A stretch of 64,000 bases of DNA from Desulfurococcales archaeon (lineage in GTDB: Archaea > Thermoproteota > Thermoprotei_A > Sulfolobales > WANQ01), in assembly GCA_027030065.1 (NCBI GenBank), contig JALVFK010000132.1:8977-72976 (forward strand). Reading direction: 5' to 3'. A program made the translations under genes and the position numbers. The notes beneath the pieces are model-generated. The model had not been told where the DNA came from, searched no databases, and was given only the letters and a program-made list of their open reading frames with translations. Of the stretch, positions 16,339 to 26,056 are shown one piece after another. How positions within the stretch are numbered: position 1 is the first letter of the stretch; the number at the start of each line of letters is the position of its first letter.

Positions 16339-18409
16339 AAGTGTTGTTATAATAATGATTGTAGTACTAATAGTGGCTATTTCCGATGCTCCAATTAGTA
16401 TGGCAACACTAATAGAAAACCCTCATGTGGATCCAGATAAGATAGAGGAAAGACTTGATCCGATAAGCCTTGTAATAATATACATTAATGTACTAAGAGG
16501 TTTAAGCGACCTAAATTTAAACGAATCGCTAATCCATGTAGATATTCTAAAAAATGCTTCAGTACCATACGATATACGATTAGTAATGAATAAATTAAAC
16601 GAACTCATTAGCGAACTTGCGTTGTTAATAAATAATACAGTATACGAACTTAATAAAACAGAAGAATATTTAGAAGAAAATAATATAGTAGAAGCAAATA
16701 AATCAATAAGTAAGGCAGCACTCTATCTATTTAAGGCTAATGCTACACTTAACGAACTTCTTTCGGCGTGGTACGAGTTTAAAAGACATCTATCAATGTA
16801 TGTTGTACATGAATACAGACCTAGGTTCTTAGAATATACTGTTCAACTAGAACTATTATTTAAGAGATTAGATAGGCTACTTAATAAGCTATATGAATTA
16901 AAACAAGATCTAGAGACAAAAATTGTAGTGTCTACGATAGTGTCTCCGAACAAAATTAACACTTCTATAACTATATATTATTATAATCAGAGTATACACC
17001 CGGGTGGAATATTAGTATTAAACGGTTCTCTCATAAGTGAGGAAGGCATACCCTTAGCAAATAAAAGGCTGAGAATATATGTATATGTACAAAATAAAAG
17101 ATTAATAGAAAAAGAAGTCTTCACTAATAGCCAAGGAATATTCTATGCTAACATAACAATGCCACAGACTTATTATTTATGGAGGGCTATGAAGCCAGGT
17201 CTCGTTAAATTTAATTCGTCTATCTACGTAGTGTACACACCTCTAACTCAAGATAATTACTCTGGATCTCATGTAATATTAAACACCACGTATTACTACT
17301 ATAGGAGCAAGTTAAAGGTTATAGGTAAGACCACAGCCTATGTAGGCTCAAATCTAACATATAAAATTAAGATACTGCCTCCTAATGTAGCAATTAATAG
17401 GACATTGAGGATTTTCCTAGATAGTAAAAACATAGCTAATATATCACTACCATTAGCTAGTAGTTATCGTACAATAAAGATAAAGTTACCGTCAAATATA
17501 TCAATAGGCCAACACTTCATAAATATAACATTACTCGGTTATAAACAGTTTTCACTCGATTCTATAAGACTTCCAATAATAGTTCAACATATACCGATAT
17601 ATGTTAGTGTAAGTTATCCTCAAACAATAGTCTACCCTATACAGAGGCTACGAATCAATGGTAGTATCACGGACTATTATGGTGAGCCTGTTGTAAATGC
17701 TACTATTATCGTGGGTGATGAGAGAGCATTTACTAACATTAACGGTTCTTTTAATATGTCTATTTCTATTACAAGCATCAATATTATTGGCGGTCTAGTA
17801 GTGTTAAATTTAACAGTAAAACCAGTAGAGCCCTGGTATCCCGTAGTAAATAAGACATTAAGGATTAACTATATTAATCTATACACAATAGTTGGTATAA
17901 CTTCATATATAGCCATTGCTATAATTATTGCTCCGACACTCGTAAAGATAAATATTTACAAGAGGTCAAGGGTAGAGAAAAAAGCAATAAAGATAAGCAA
18001 AATGCTAAGAGGCCCTAAACTAGCAACCATAGGCGAGGAAGAAAAAATACCGGGTAATATTCTGGAAAGAATGCTAGCTAAAAGAAAGGCAAGCATATCA
18101 ATTAGTGAGACAGCTCTAAAAATGATTAAACTAGAATATAGGTTAAAGAGAAATATCATTGTAGATAAACTACTAGAAATGCTCTTAGTACTAGGTACAA
18201 AATACTCAAAGCCTTTATCTTCGGAGACGTTGAGAGAATATGTATTAAGGATAAGTAGAGATATGCCAAGACAAATCGCTGAAAAAGTAAGCCTCATAAT
18301 AACCCTTGTTGAAAAAGAACTATACTCTAAGACAGAACTTGCTCTAGATGAAAAAAGAAAATTAATGACGCTGATAGAGGAGGTTATAGACTATGTACGT
18401 AGAATATAA
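16328..18409 (+). CDS. Large surface protein: signal/anchor, coiled-coil region, beta-rich repeats, TM helix, DUF4129-like cytoplasmic tail
   Basis: N-terminal hydrophobic segment and many N-x-S/T sequons. ITDYYGEPVVNATIIVGDERAFTNINGSF is a carboxypeptidase-regulatory-like strand pattern. TM helix IVGITSYIAIAIIIAPTLV. Tail ...ETLREYVLRISRDMPRQIAEKVSLIITLVEKELYS resembles DUF4129. Confidence 0.5.
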   Translation: MVSRSVVIIMIVVLIVAISDAPISMATLIENPHVDPDKIEERLDPISLVIIYINVLRGLSDLNLNESLIHVDILKNASVPYDIRLVMNKLNELISELALLINNTVYELNKTEEYLEENNIVEANKSISKAALYLFKANATLNELLSAWYEFKRHLSMYVVHEYRPRFLEYTVQLELLFKRLDRLLNKLYELKQDLETKIVVSTIVSPNKINTSITIYYYNQSIHPGGILVLNGSLISEEGIPLANKRLRIYVYVQNKRLIEKEVFTNSQGIFYANITMPQTYYLWRAMKPGLVKFNSSIYVVYTPLTQDNYSGSHVILNTTYYYYRSKLKVIGKTTAYVGSNLTYKIKILPPNVAINRTLRIFLDSKNIANISLPLASSYRTIKIKLPSNISIGQHFINITLLGYKQFSLDSIRLPIIVQHIPIYVSVSYPQTIVYPIQRLRINGSITDYYGEPVVNATIIVGDERAFTNINGSFNMSISITSINIIGGLVVLNLTVKPVEPWYPVVNKTLRINYINLYTIVGITSYIAIAIIIAPTLVKINIYKRSRVEKKAIKISKMLRGPKLATIGEEEKIPGNILERMLAKRKASISISETALKMIKLEYRLKRNIIVDKLLEMLLVLGTKYSKPLSSETLREYVLRISRDMPRQIAEKVSLIITLVEKELYSKTELALDEKRKLMTLIEEVIDYVRRI

Positions 18410-19301
18410 ATGGGTTCTCTTGTTATCAATCGTACTATTATCTCTGGCATCATATCTCTTAATCTATTATCCATCAACAATGAATTTCTATGTGGAGAAT
18501 CCGTTCTGGAATGGTTATAAAGATTTTGTCAACTTATTTAATGCAACACCTATCCTAACAAGGTTTGACTTTGTAAGAATACTTAACCATATATCTTTGA
18601 GCAATCTATCATCTAAAAGCAAAGTATTAGTTACGATATCCTATGAGAACTATACAGATCAAGAAGTAAAACTCCTAAATAAATTTATAATTAATGGTGG
18701 TACATTAATAGTATTAAACGATTTCTCATCAGCAGGAAATCAGTTATTAAATAAATTAGACATAGGAGTATATTTCAACATCTCTGGTATCCTAATAGAT
18801 CCTTTATACTATTATAAGGATCCTCACTTACCAAAAGTAGAAGCAAAAGAAAATAATACAACATACACTATAATTCTCAATTATGCGTCTATAATTGAAG
18901 GAGATATAAGTAGAAACGAAATACTCATACGCTCTTCGAGATTTTCTTATTTCGATGTGGATAATAGTAGTTCGTGGAGTCCGGAGGAACCCACAGGTCC
19001 TTTCATAGTAGGTGTTGTTAAGAAATTGGGTGCTGGAAAAATAATTATAATAAGTGACCCAAGCATTTGGTTAAATGCAATGCTTAATATTGGAGATAAT
19101 TATGTTTTTGCTAAAACGTTACTAGACGGAAAAACAATATATCTAGATCAGGTACATATACCTAAGAGTACACAAGAACAATTGAGAGAAAGAATAATAT
19201 ATCTTATATCGCTGCTAAACTCTTATGGTATAGCCCCATTAATAATAGCAGTGTTTACTCTAATTATCTATAGGCTATTTTTAGGTGTAAAACAGCGATG
19301 A
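18393..19301 (+). CDS. DUF4350-like protein (N- and C-terminal TM anchors)
   Basis: LLNKFIINGGTLIVLNDFSSAGNQLL and KIIIISDPSIWLNAMLNIGDNYVFAKTLL match the DUF4350 pattern seen in MoxR-associated clusters. Confidence 0.55.
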   Translation: MYVEYKWVLLLSIVLLSLASYLLIYYPSTMNFYVENPFWNGYKDFVNLFNATPILTRFDFVRILNHISLSNLSSKSKVLVTISYENYTDQEVKLLNKFIINGGTLIVLNDFSSAGNQLLNKLDIGVYFNISGILIDPLYYYKDPHLPKVEAKENNTTYTIILNYASIIEGDISRNEILIRSSRFSYFDVDNSSSWSPEEPTGPFIVGVVKKLGAGKIIIISDPSIWLNAMLNIGDNYVFAKTLLDGKTIYLDQVHIPKSTQEQLRERIIYLISLLNSYGIAPLIIAVFTLIIYRLFLGVKQR

Positions 19302-20881
19302 TACTTGACCCGAAATCACTTAGTAGAATAGCAGTATCTTCTATAATATTAATTATATTATCATTAGTAGTATACATATCGGTAACTAAGAATATTCTAG
19401 AAAACCTATCTATTATATCAATAGTAATATTACTAATATTTTACTTAAAAATAAATCATCCCTCATATGCTGGTTTAATACTCCATGCAATAATGTTGTT
19501 TTCTGTGGGATTAATTCCTATAGGATACCTAATGCCCTATCTACTATTATCGTTGTTTATGTCTATATCATTCATTCTCTATGTTTTTGCGTTTTCGAAT
19601 ACATTGACAATAGATATAAATAAATGGCCTACATCCTCCCTAATAATATTGATAACTAGTTTTCTTGGATTTATACTGGCGTTCATTAATATTCGGGTTA
19701 CTATTACATCAATATTATTGTTGTCAGCGATTTTGGTAGTAGGTAGTATAATATATTTAGGATTGAATAGAGGGATACAAGTAATAAAATCTTTTCAAGT
19801 AAGTATGCTTGAAGGAGAAAGAGTTGAAAAAGATATATTGTTTTCAAATAAATTAATAATACCTATCCACATTATAACAAATGTTAGGAATGGTAATGGT
19901 GTAAGCATAAAGATACCAAGAATAAGAGTAGAACCTGGAGAAACTGTTAGAATACCAGTTATAATAGATGCCTCGGAAACCGGTATTTATGATATATATC
20001 TAGACTTCTTTATCGAGGATATATTTCATCTAACAAGGCTTTATAAAAGTGTAAAAGCGACCATAAAAATAATGCCCAAGATAAAAACGGCCCTTCTGGC
20101 AGCACACAAGCTCCTTGCCCGCATACCTAGCGAGATATTGGAGCATGCTGATACAAAGAGCATAGGGGAAGTAGAATTAGTGCCCAAGATTTTATCTTCG
20201 AGAAGAGGAGAATACTATGGTGCACGTCAATATGTTCCAGGTGATGATCTAAGCCAGATACACTGGAAAAAATCATTGTCTAAGGGTATACTAATATCTA
20301 AAGAGATGAAGAAAACTCATTCTTATTCCATAGCTATACTTGTTGATCTAACAAGCTCTAGTAATAGAGACTTTACAGAAATACTTTACAAGACGCTAAC
20401 ATCTCTAATTCTAATATCACTCAAAGACCCTTTACGTGTAGTAACATTAGCGCTATATGATATGGAAAACATATACCTTGTTGTTAGAAACTATTCTGCA
20501 GCCAAAGCTCTAAATAGTTTAACAAAAATAGTTGAAGAGGGAGGAATAGGAACTCATAGAGTATACAAGAAGGTCTTAGATAAGCCAATGATTTTGCCCA
20601 TATTATCATCAAATAATGAAAAACTAAAGGCGTTGTACGAGGTTTTAGTAGATAGTATTAGAGAGAAATATGTGTGGAAAATAATTGCTGAAGTACTGAG
20701 AGGTTTTGAAGGACGAAATATCCAGATAATACATGGTCAAAGCAGTATTAGTGATCTATATTATTATGTTAAGTTATTGTTGCGAAAGAAGGGGTATATA
20801 CTAGAAGAACCAGTTGAGATAAGTCCTAGATCCTTATATGAAAAAGCAGTAACCGAACCAATAGGATTACTTGCCCACTAA
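19298..20881 (+). CDS. DUF58-family protein with N-terminal multi-TM domain
   Basis: GEYYGARQYVPGDDLSQIHWKKSLSKGILISKE is the DUF58 signature, followed by a VWA-like region (IAILVDLTSS). Confidence 0.75.
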   Translation: MILDPKSLSRIAVSSIILIILSLVVYISVTKNILENLSIISIVILLIFYLKINHPSYAGLILHAIMLFSVGLIPIGYLMPYLLLSLFMSISFILYVFAFSNTLTIDINKWPTSSLIILITSFLGFILAFINIRVTITSILLLSAILVVGSIIYLGLNRGIQVIKSFQVSMLEGERVEKDILFSNKLIIPIHIITNVRNGNGVSIKIPRIRVEPGETVRIPVIIDASETGIYDIYLDFFIEDIFHLTRLYKSVKATIKIMPKIKTALLAAHKLLARIPSEILEHADTKSIGEVELVPKILSSRRGEYYGARQYVPGDDLSQIHWKKSLSKGILISKEMKKTHSYSIAILVDLTSSSNRDFTEILYKTLTSLILISLKDPLRVVTLALYDMENIYLVVRNYSAAKALNSLTKIVEEGGIGTHRVYKKVLDKPMILPILSSNNEKLKALYEVLVDSIREKYVWKIIAEVLRGFEGRNIQIIHGQSSISDLYYYVKLLLRKKGYILEEPVEISPRSLYEKAVTEPIGLLAH

Positions 20882-20885
20882 GTTG

Positions 20886-21419
20886 CTATTTATGTGGTGG
20901 ATAAAACCAATCCCATGGTTTCCCGCATCTTGGATCACTAGTTTTACCGTTTATCTTTAATGGAATAATACTTTTATCATTCCACGGTCTCCTCTCCTCA
21001 TCGGGATTCTTATAATCATATAGTCTTGTCGTAAAGTATACTAGTATAGCCGGCTCGTTGCCTACAACTTTAAAGCCGTGCCAATAATGTCCTGGAACCC
21101 TTAGGATTTGAGGCTTGCTATCAGATAATACTACTTCCACAAGATGCTGTGATTCCTCATCGTAGGCGCATACTTTTATTGAGCCCTTTACAACTATAAA
21201 ATAGTCGACCTGTCCCCTCAAGTGTCTATGCCAAGCCCGTACTATGCCTGGATAAGTTACCGACCAATTAGATTGAACTATAATGTCTTCCTCTAATAGC
21301 TCTTTCCAATCGCTCCTAAAGATCTCGTGAAACATCCCGCGCTCGTCAATAAATCTTTCTAGTTCAGCTATCCTCATGCCCTTCAATGGAAGTTCGAGTA
21401 CACGTCCTTTTATGGGCAC
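20886..21419 (-). CDS. rmlC: dTDP-4-dehydrorhamnose 3,5-epimerase-like cupin
   Basis: FIDERGMFHEIF, RAWHRH, VPGHYWHGF. 177 aa. Confidence 0.75.
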   Translation of the reverse strand: MPIKGRVLELPLKGMRIAELERFIDERGMFHEIFRSDWKELLEEDIIVQSNWSVTYPGIVRAWHRHLRGQVDYFIVVKGSIKVCAYDEESQHLVEVVLSDSKPQILRVPGHYWHGFKVVGNEPAILVYFTTRLYDYKNPDEERRPWNDKSIIPLKINGKTSDPRCGKPWDWFYPPHK

Positions 21420-21421
21420 TT

Positions 21422-22462
21422 TTATCTCCCTTTAAACAATTTCATCCTATAAACTCCTCTTATATAAAGTATTAAGCCTACAAGCTTAGTTGTGATTAGC
21501 TTCATTTTGAGTAAATCGTATAAACTATTTTTCCTTGAAATTGATTTAACCAGGAGCCTCTTATTCAGAATATGGCTACGTTTCTTCCACAAACTTATTA
21601 ATGCTTTTATGAATGTGAAAGAGTCAGCTTTGTCTTTTCCATGTATACGGCTGAATATGGAGCCAGCAATGTATACGGCTCCAAGGACAGGTATTGCTAG
21701 TAGCACGAGGGGCCAGGGATAGGTTGCGGCTATAGTGAGTAACCGGTTTCTCCTACCAAAATATAATGAGACATAGGGCTTCTTTCTAGTTGAATGCTGT
21801 CCTATGTGATATGCTATGGCTTCTGGTACATAGATGGCTCTATATCCGTGAAGCCATAGTCTTAAGGCAAGGTCTAAGTCCTCATTATATAAGAAATATA
21901 GGCTATCCATTCCTCCTATCCTAAAAAATAGTTTTCTATAAATCATCGCACATGCAAATGTGGCATACAAGATATTCATTCTCTTATTGTACTGTCCTAA
22001 ATCTGGTTCTCCCTCACCTAGGTGAAATCCGTGCCCCAGTATATCCATAAAACCTCCTACGCCATCAAGTAGCCCCGTGTATGCATTGTATATTTTCGGT
22101 TGTACCTCACCAACATCATTATATTCTATAAGTGTTTCTACTAGTTTATTAATACAGTCTTCACCAAGTATTATATCAGGATTTATGAATAACAAGATAT
22201 TGTTCCGGGCCTCTAACGCCCCTATATTACATGCTAACGGAAATCCAACGTTCTTTCTAAGCTTCAATACTCGTACCGGATGTGGAATCCTCATCCTCAA
22301 TACTGTTTCTATTGTATTATCACTGCTATTATTGTCTACTATTATAATCTCGTCTCTTGGGCCGAGACTATTTCTTAGCGAGTTGAGACATTTTCCTATA
22401 TATCTAGCTGAATTATAAGTCACTATTATAACAGATACACCGGGTCTCTCCATATTGATCAT
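21422..22462 (-). CDS. Family-2 glycosyltransferase (possible rhamnosyltransferase)
   Basis: VSVIIVTYNSARYI, IIIVDNNSSDNT, NVGFPLACN, YNEDLDL. Adjacent to rmlC. Confidence 0.8.
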   Translation of the reverse strand: MINMERPGVSVIIVTYNSARYIGKCLNSLRNSLGPRDEIIIVDNNSSDNTIETVLRMRIPHPVRVLKLRKNVGFPLACNIGALEARNNILLFINPDIILGEDCINKLVETLIEYNDVGEVQPKIYNAYTGLLDGVGGFMDILGHGFHLGEGEPDLGQYNKRMNILYATFACAMIYRKLFFRIGGMDSLYFLYNEDLDLALRLWLHGYRAIYVPEAIAYHIGQHSTRKKPYVSLYFGRRNRLLTIAATYPWPLVLLAIPVLGAVYIAGSIFSRIHGKDKADSFTFIKALISLWKKRSHILNKRLLVKSISRKNSLYDLLKMKLITTKLVGLILYIRGVYRMKLFKGR

Positions 22463-22473
22463 CCTGTTACTGT

Positions 22474-23520
22474 CTAATCGTTTTTAATTATATATGATAA
22501 ATACTTCATAACAGCTTTATAGGAATATTTTTTCTCAATAATTCTCCTAGATTTTTTCGAAAACTCTCTGATATTTTCTAAAGTATATATTATACTATAA
22601 GCAAGTTCTCTCGGTGAATTTATGTCTATAAGCATTCTTTTACTAGCTAGGTCTTGGAACCCTATTTCTGTAGACATTATGACTGGAGTCCCACAGGACA
22701 TTGCCTCTAGAACGCTTATAGGAGGATAAGCCATTTGTATAGGCTTTACTGTATATAATAGTACGGTAGCTTTATTGTAGATTTTGACCTTCTCTTCTTC
22801 ACTTAATACCTTACTTGTTACATTAACATTATTATGTAGGTTATATTTCTCTATAAGTATCTTAAATAATTTAATCCATACTTCATCGCTGTGATGTCTT
22901 AGTGTAACAATAAATAATGCTTTATAATCTATTTTCTTATTCAAAATAATCAGAGCTTTAACTATTGAGGTCATGGGGAATCTCGGATAAAAAAGAGGGC
23001 CTACGTAGAGTATTGTTGGTTCATCAGTTTTAGGTCGTATAGGTTTAAAGAAGTCAGTGTTTAGTGGAGGCGGTATATAGATAACTTTTTTGTTGGAATA
23101 ATTTGACTGATATGTAGTGATAACATGATCGTATATTAAGGAAACCATGCGGAGATATCTGTTATCGACCTTATGATAAAGGATTTTGATAAATCTTCCT
23201 CGTTTAAAGAACGGGATCAAAATGTTTCGTAAGTTTATATCCAACACGGTATCGTTTTTATCTATGTTCCTTAATGCTAAGATCTCGTCTCTAGGGCTTA
23301 TAGTTTTCTTATTTAGGATTATATTGTTAGCTTTTATGTCTTCTGTAGCTCCTATATAACTTGAGTCGAGAAATTCTCTTCTATAGTTTCTCTTTATAGA
23401 TGTTATTTTTATTTCTCCCATATACATTTTCCTTAATAGAGCAAGATAGTCCATAGCTATTGCGGCTCCCGCCGAATCACGAGGAAATAATATCTCGTTT
23501 CCAATAATATGGATGCTCAT
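22474..23520 (-). CDS. GT-B (family 4/1) glycosyltransferase
   Basis: C-terminal ...SVLEAMSCGTPVIMSTEIGF is typical of GT4. Confidence 0.7.
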   Translation of the reverse strand: MSIHIIGNEILFPRDSAGAAIAMDYLALLRKMYMGEIKITSIKRNYRREFLDSSYIGATEDIKANNIILNKKTISPRDEILALRNIDKNDTVLDINLRNILIPFFKRGRFIKILYHKVDNRYLRMVSLIYDHVITTYQSNYSNKKVIYIPPPLNTDFFKPIRPKTDEPTILYVGPLFYPRFPMTSIVKALIILNKKIDYKALFIVTLRHHSDEVWIKLFKILIEKYNLHNNVNVTSKVLSEEEKVKIYNKATVLLYTVKPIQMAYPPISVLEAMSCGTPVIMSTEIGFQDLASKRMLIDINSPRELAYSIIYTLENIREFSKKSRRIIEKKYSYKAVMKYLSYIIKND

Positions 23521-24716
23521 TTCTCTTCTGTCACCTGATTTATTATTTCTAGTTCCCGTTGAGCTAGTCTTCTCACATCAAAGTCTCTTGCCATTAATTT
23601 AGCATTACTAGATAGATAGGTCCAAAGTCTCTCGTTATTTGTAAGTAATAGTATCTTATCTGAAATTTCTTCAACATTATCATATTCAACTATAATGCCA
23701 GAATTATAGTAGTCTACTACTTTCTTTATGCTACCAACACTTGATGCTATGAATGGTAGTCCTACAGCTGCGTACTCTAATATTTTTAATGGCACCATTA
23801 TCTTGTTGGTTAGATTGGAGGGCTTAAAGAGGGCTGCGCCTATTGATGACCTGGAAAGGAACGTGATGACTTCATTGTAGGGTCTTCTGCCAGTCAAGTA
23901 TACTTTCTCCTTAATGTCTAATTCCTTGATTAATTTAATTATGTATGAGCCATAGGCTGTGTTTAGGTCTCCTATTATAACTAGTCTTAGATTATGTTCC
24001 TTTCTAGCCGCGATGGAGAAAGCTTCTACTAATTTATCTATTCCAGCCCATTCCTCTATGGCTCCAGCGTAAACTATTGTTCTATTGTTGATATTTGGTT
24101 TATGTCTCATTTTACGCATGATCTTGTTTATTAGTTCTAGGTTAACACCATTAGGTATAAGTGAAACTCTCTTATCCCTTCTAATATGTAGGTCTTCTTT
24201 GAAAAGTATGTCTGATACAGCTATCACGTAGTTACTTCTTGATATTACATTATATTCTGTAGATCTTACTATGAGCTTCATGAGGGGGTTTTTATAAAAC
24301 TCATAGAATCTATCCACGTCCTCATATACTATAGGTATGTTGTTATCTACATGTAATGCGAGTATACCAGCGAATAGAGGAGAGGCTAGAATAGCGTCAT
24401 AGGATTTCTCTTTTAACTTGAACTTCAATAAAGTACCTATAGGTATCGTACATAAGAGTTTTCCATAGTCGGTTGGCAAGAAAGATGTCGTAGTATTTAC
24501 GCCGTTATCTATGCTCCAGAGATAGTCTGCAGGATTCTTGAGAAGAGTTGTAATGCTTTCAAATATTTTATTATAACCTCTTCTACTATTAACCATATTC
24601 GTATAGTCTATTATTGTTATTTTGAGTCTTCTAGCTAGGTATGGAAGAAAGCTTTTCAGTCTATACCAGTGTCTTGCATGCATTTCGGTAGTTATGATAA
24701 GTATTCTCTTAGCCAT
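23517..24716 (-). CDS. GT-B (family 4/1) glycosyltransferase
   Basis: IVYAGAIEEWAGIDKLVEAF...LRLVIIGD...LEYAAVGLPFIASSVGS. Confidence 0.75.
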   Translation of the reverse strand: MAKRILIITTEMHARHWYRLKSFLPYLARRLKITIIDYTNMVNSRRGYNKIFESITTLLKNPADYLWSIDNGVNTTTSFLPTDYGKLLCTIPIGTLLKFKLKEKSYDAILASPLFAGILALHVDNNIPIVYEDVDRFYEFYKNPLMKLIVRSTEYNVISRSNYVIAVSDILFKEDLHIRRDKRVSLIPNGVNLELINKIMRKMRHKPNINNRTIVYAGAIEEWAGIDKLVEAFSIAARKEHNLRLVIIGDLNTAYGSYIIKLIKELDIKEKVYLTGRRPYNEVITFLSRSSIGAALFKPSNLTNKIMVPLKILEYAAVGLPFIASSVGSIKKVVDYYNSGIIVEYDNVEEISDKILLLTNNERLWTYLSSNAKLMARDFDVRRLAQRELEIINQVTEEK

Positions 24717-26035
24717 ATAGTATCTACCTTACATCTGAGGCGGCTAACTATGGTCTCGGCTTCTTCTATCTCTGTAGATGCTACTCCCTTATCATTGTAA
24801 TAATATAAGTCTTCACGTAAGCAGTCATTATACATGGGGTATGGGGTCTGGGTTTTTTTAAATAAGGTGTATACAACTAGTGGAGTCTCTCTATAGTCTG
24901 GTGAGATTGTCCGATATTCTTGTTTGTCTCTTATCTCTAGTATCCTATTGTATATCTTATATCCTGATGTACCATTGCCAAAGGGGTTTTCTTTTCCTCT
25001 AATATTTTCTATTACTTTGCTTCTAACCTTTGTTAGAGCATTGAAGGCTCTTATAATATTGCTTGTATATGGGCCTGTTAGTACGCCTAGACCTAGTGCT
25101 AAGATCTCTGGTTTTTCAATTGTTTTTCTAGGTATGATTACGGGCACTTTATATACAGTCGCCTCCTCTAGGACTCCTCCACTATCAGTTATAGTAGCAT
25201 AACTATTCCTTAGCAAACCAATGAATCTAAAATAGTCTAAGGGCTTTGTTATAATTATATTCTTGTTTTCTGCAAGCAAGCCGTATAGCCCGGCTTCATG
25301 GAGCCTCTTCTTAGTTCGTGGATGAATAGGTATAATGATCTTCATCTTATTGGAGAGTTCGAGTAAGGCCTTTAAAATCATCCTAAGATTAGCTAGGTTG
25401 TCAACGTTTTCTTGTCTATGGATTGTTGCCAGTAAATAGTTTTCTTTCTCTAGGTTGAAATTACTTAGTGTTTTATCGCCTATACTGCTTATTGTCTTAT
25501 CATATTTGTAGACTATATCTATTAGTGGGCTTCCAACAATTGAAATATAGTTTCTCGGTATACCCTCATGTATTAGGTTTAGAAAAGATAATTTTGTTGG
25601 AGCGAATAAGAAAGCAGCTATATGATCAGCTATTATTCTATTAATTTCCTCGGGCATTGTTAGATCCCAGCTACGGTAGCCACTCTCTATGTGTACAAAT
25701 GGTATTCGTGCTCTCGTACTTGCTAAAGCGCTTGCAATAACACTGTCTGTATCACCTAGAGAAGCCGTCATTTCCCCTTGATTATTCTTTAATACATTGT
25801 ATAATCGTATTATCATAGTCATGGTACGCTGAACTTCTTCTTCATCACGTGGAATATCAAGAGTTATATCGGGTTCAGGTAATGACAACTCTTCTATAAA
25901 TACTCTAGACATTTCATAGTCATAGTGTTGCCCAGTCCACACGAACAAGTATTCTTCTCCTTTTTTCTCAAATATTTCAAATAGTGATGCTAGCTTCAAG
26001 AGTTCTGGTCGTGTACCTGCAGTGATTACTAGCAA
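24692..26035 (-). CDS. wecB: UDP-N-acetylglucosamine 2-epimerase (non-hydrolysing type) with ~70-aa C-terminal extension
   Basis: VITAGTRPELLKLASL, WTGQHYDYEMS, GDTDSVIASALAS, HIESGYRS, TDSGGVLEEA. Its 3' end overlaps the next gene's start by 25 nt. Confidence 0.85.
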   Translation of the reverse strand: MLVITAGTRPELLKLASLFEIFEKKGEEYLFVWTGQHYDYEMSRVFIEELSLPEPDITLDIPRDEEEVQRTMTMIIRLYNVLKNNQGEMTASLGDTDSVIASALASTRARIPFVHIESGYRSWDLTMPEEINRIIADHIAAFLFAPTKLSFLNLIHEGIPRNYISIVGSPLIDIVYKYDKTISSIGDKTLSNFNLEKENYLLATIHRQENVDNLANLRMILKALLELSNKMKIIIPIHPRTKKRLHEAGLYGLLAENKNIIITKPLDYFRFIGLLRNSYATITDSGGVLEEATVYKVPVIIPRKTIEKPEILALGLGVLTGPYTSNIIRAFNALTKVRSKVIENIRGKENPFGNGTSGYKIYNRILEIRDKQEYRTISPDYRETPLVVYTLFKKTQTPYPMYNDCLREDLYYYNDKGVASTEIEEAETIVSRLRCKVDTIWLREYLS

Positions 26036-26056
26036 ATATTAGACCCCCCTTTCTCC

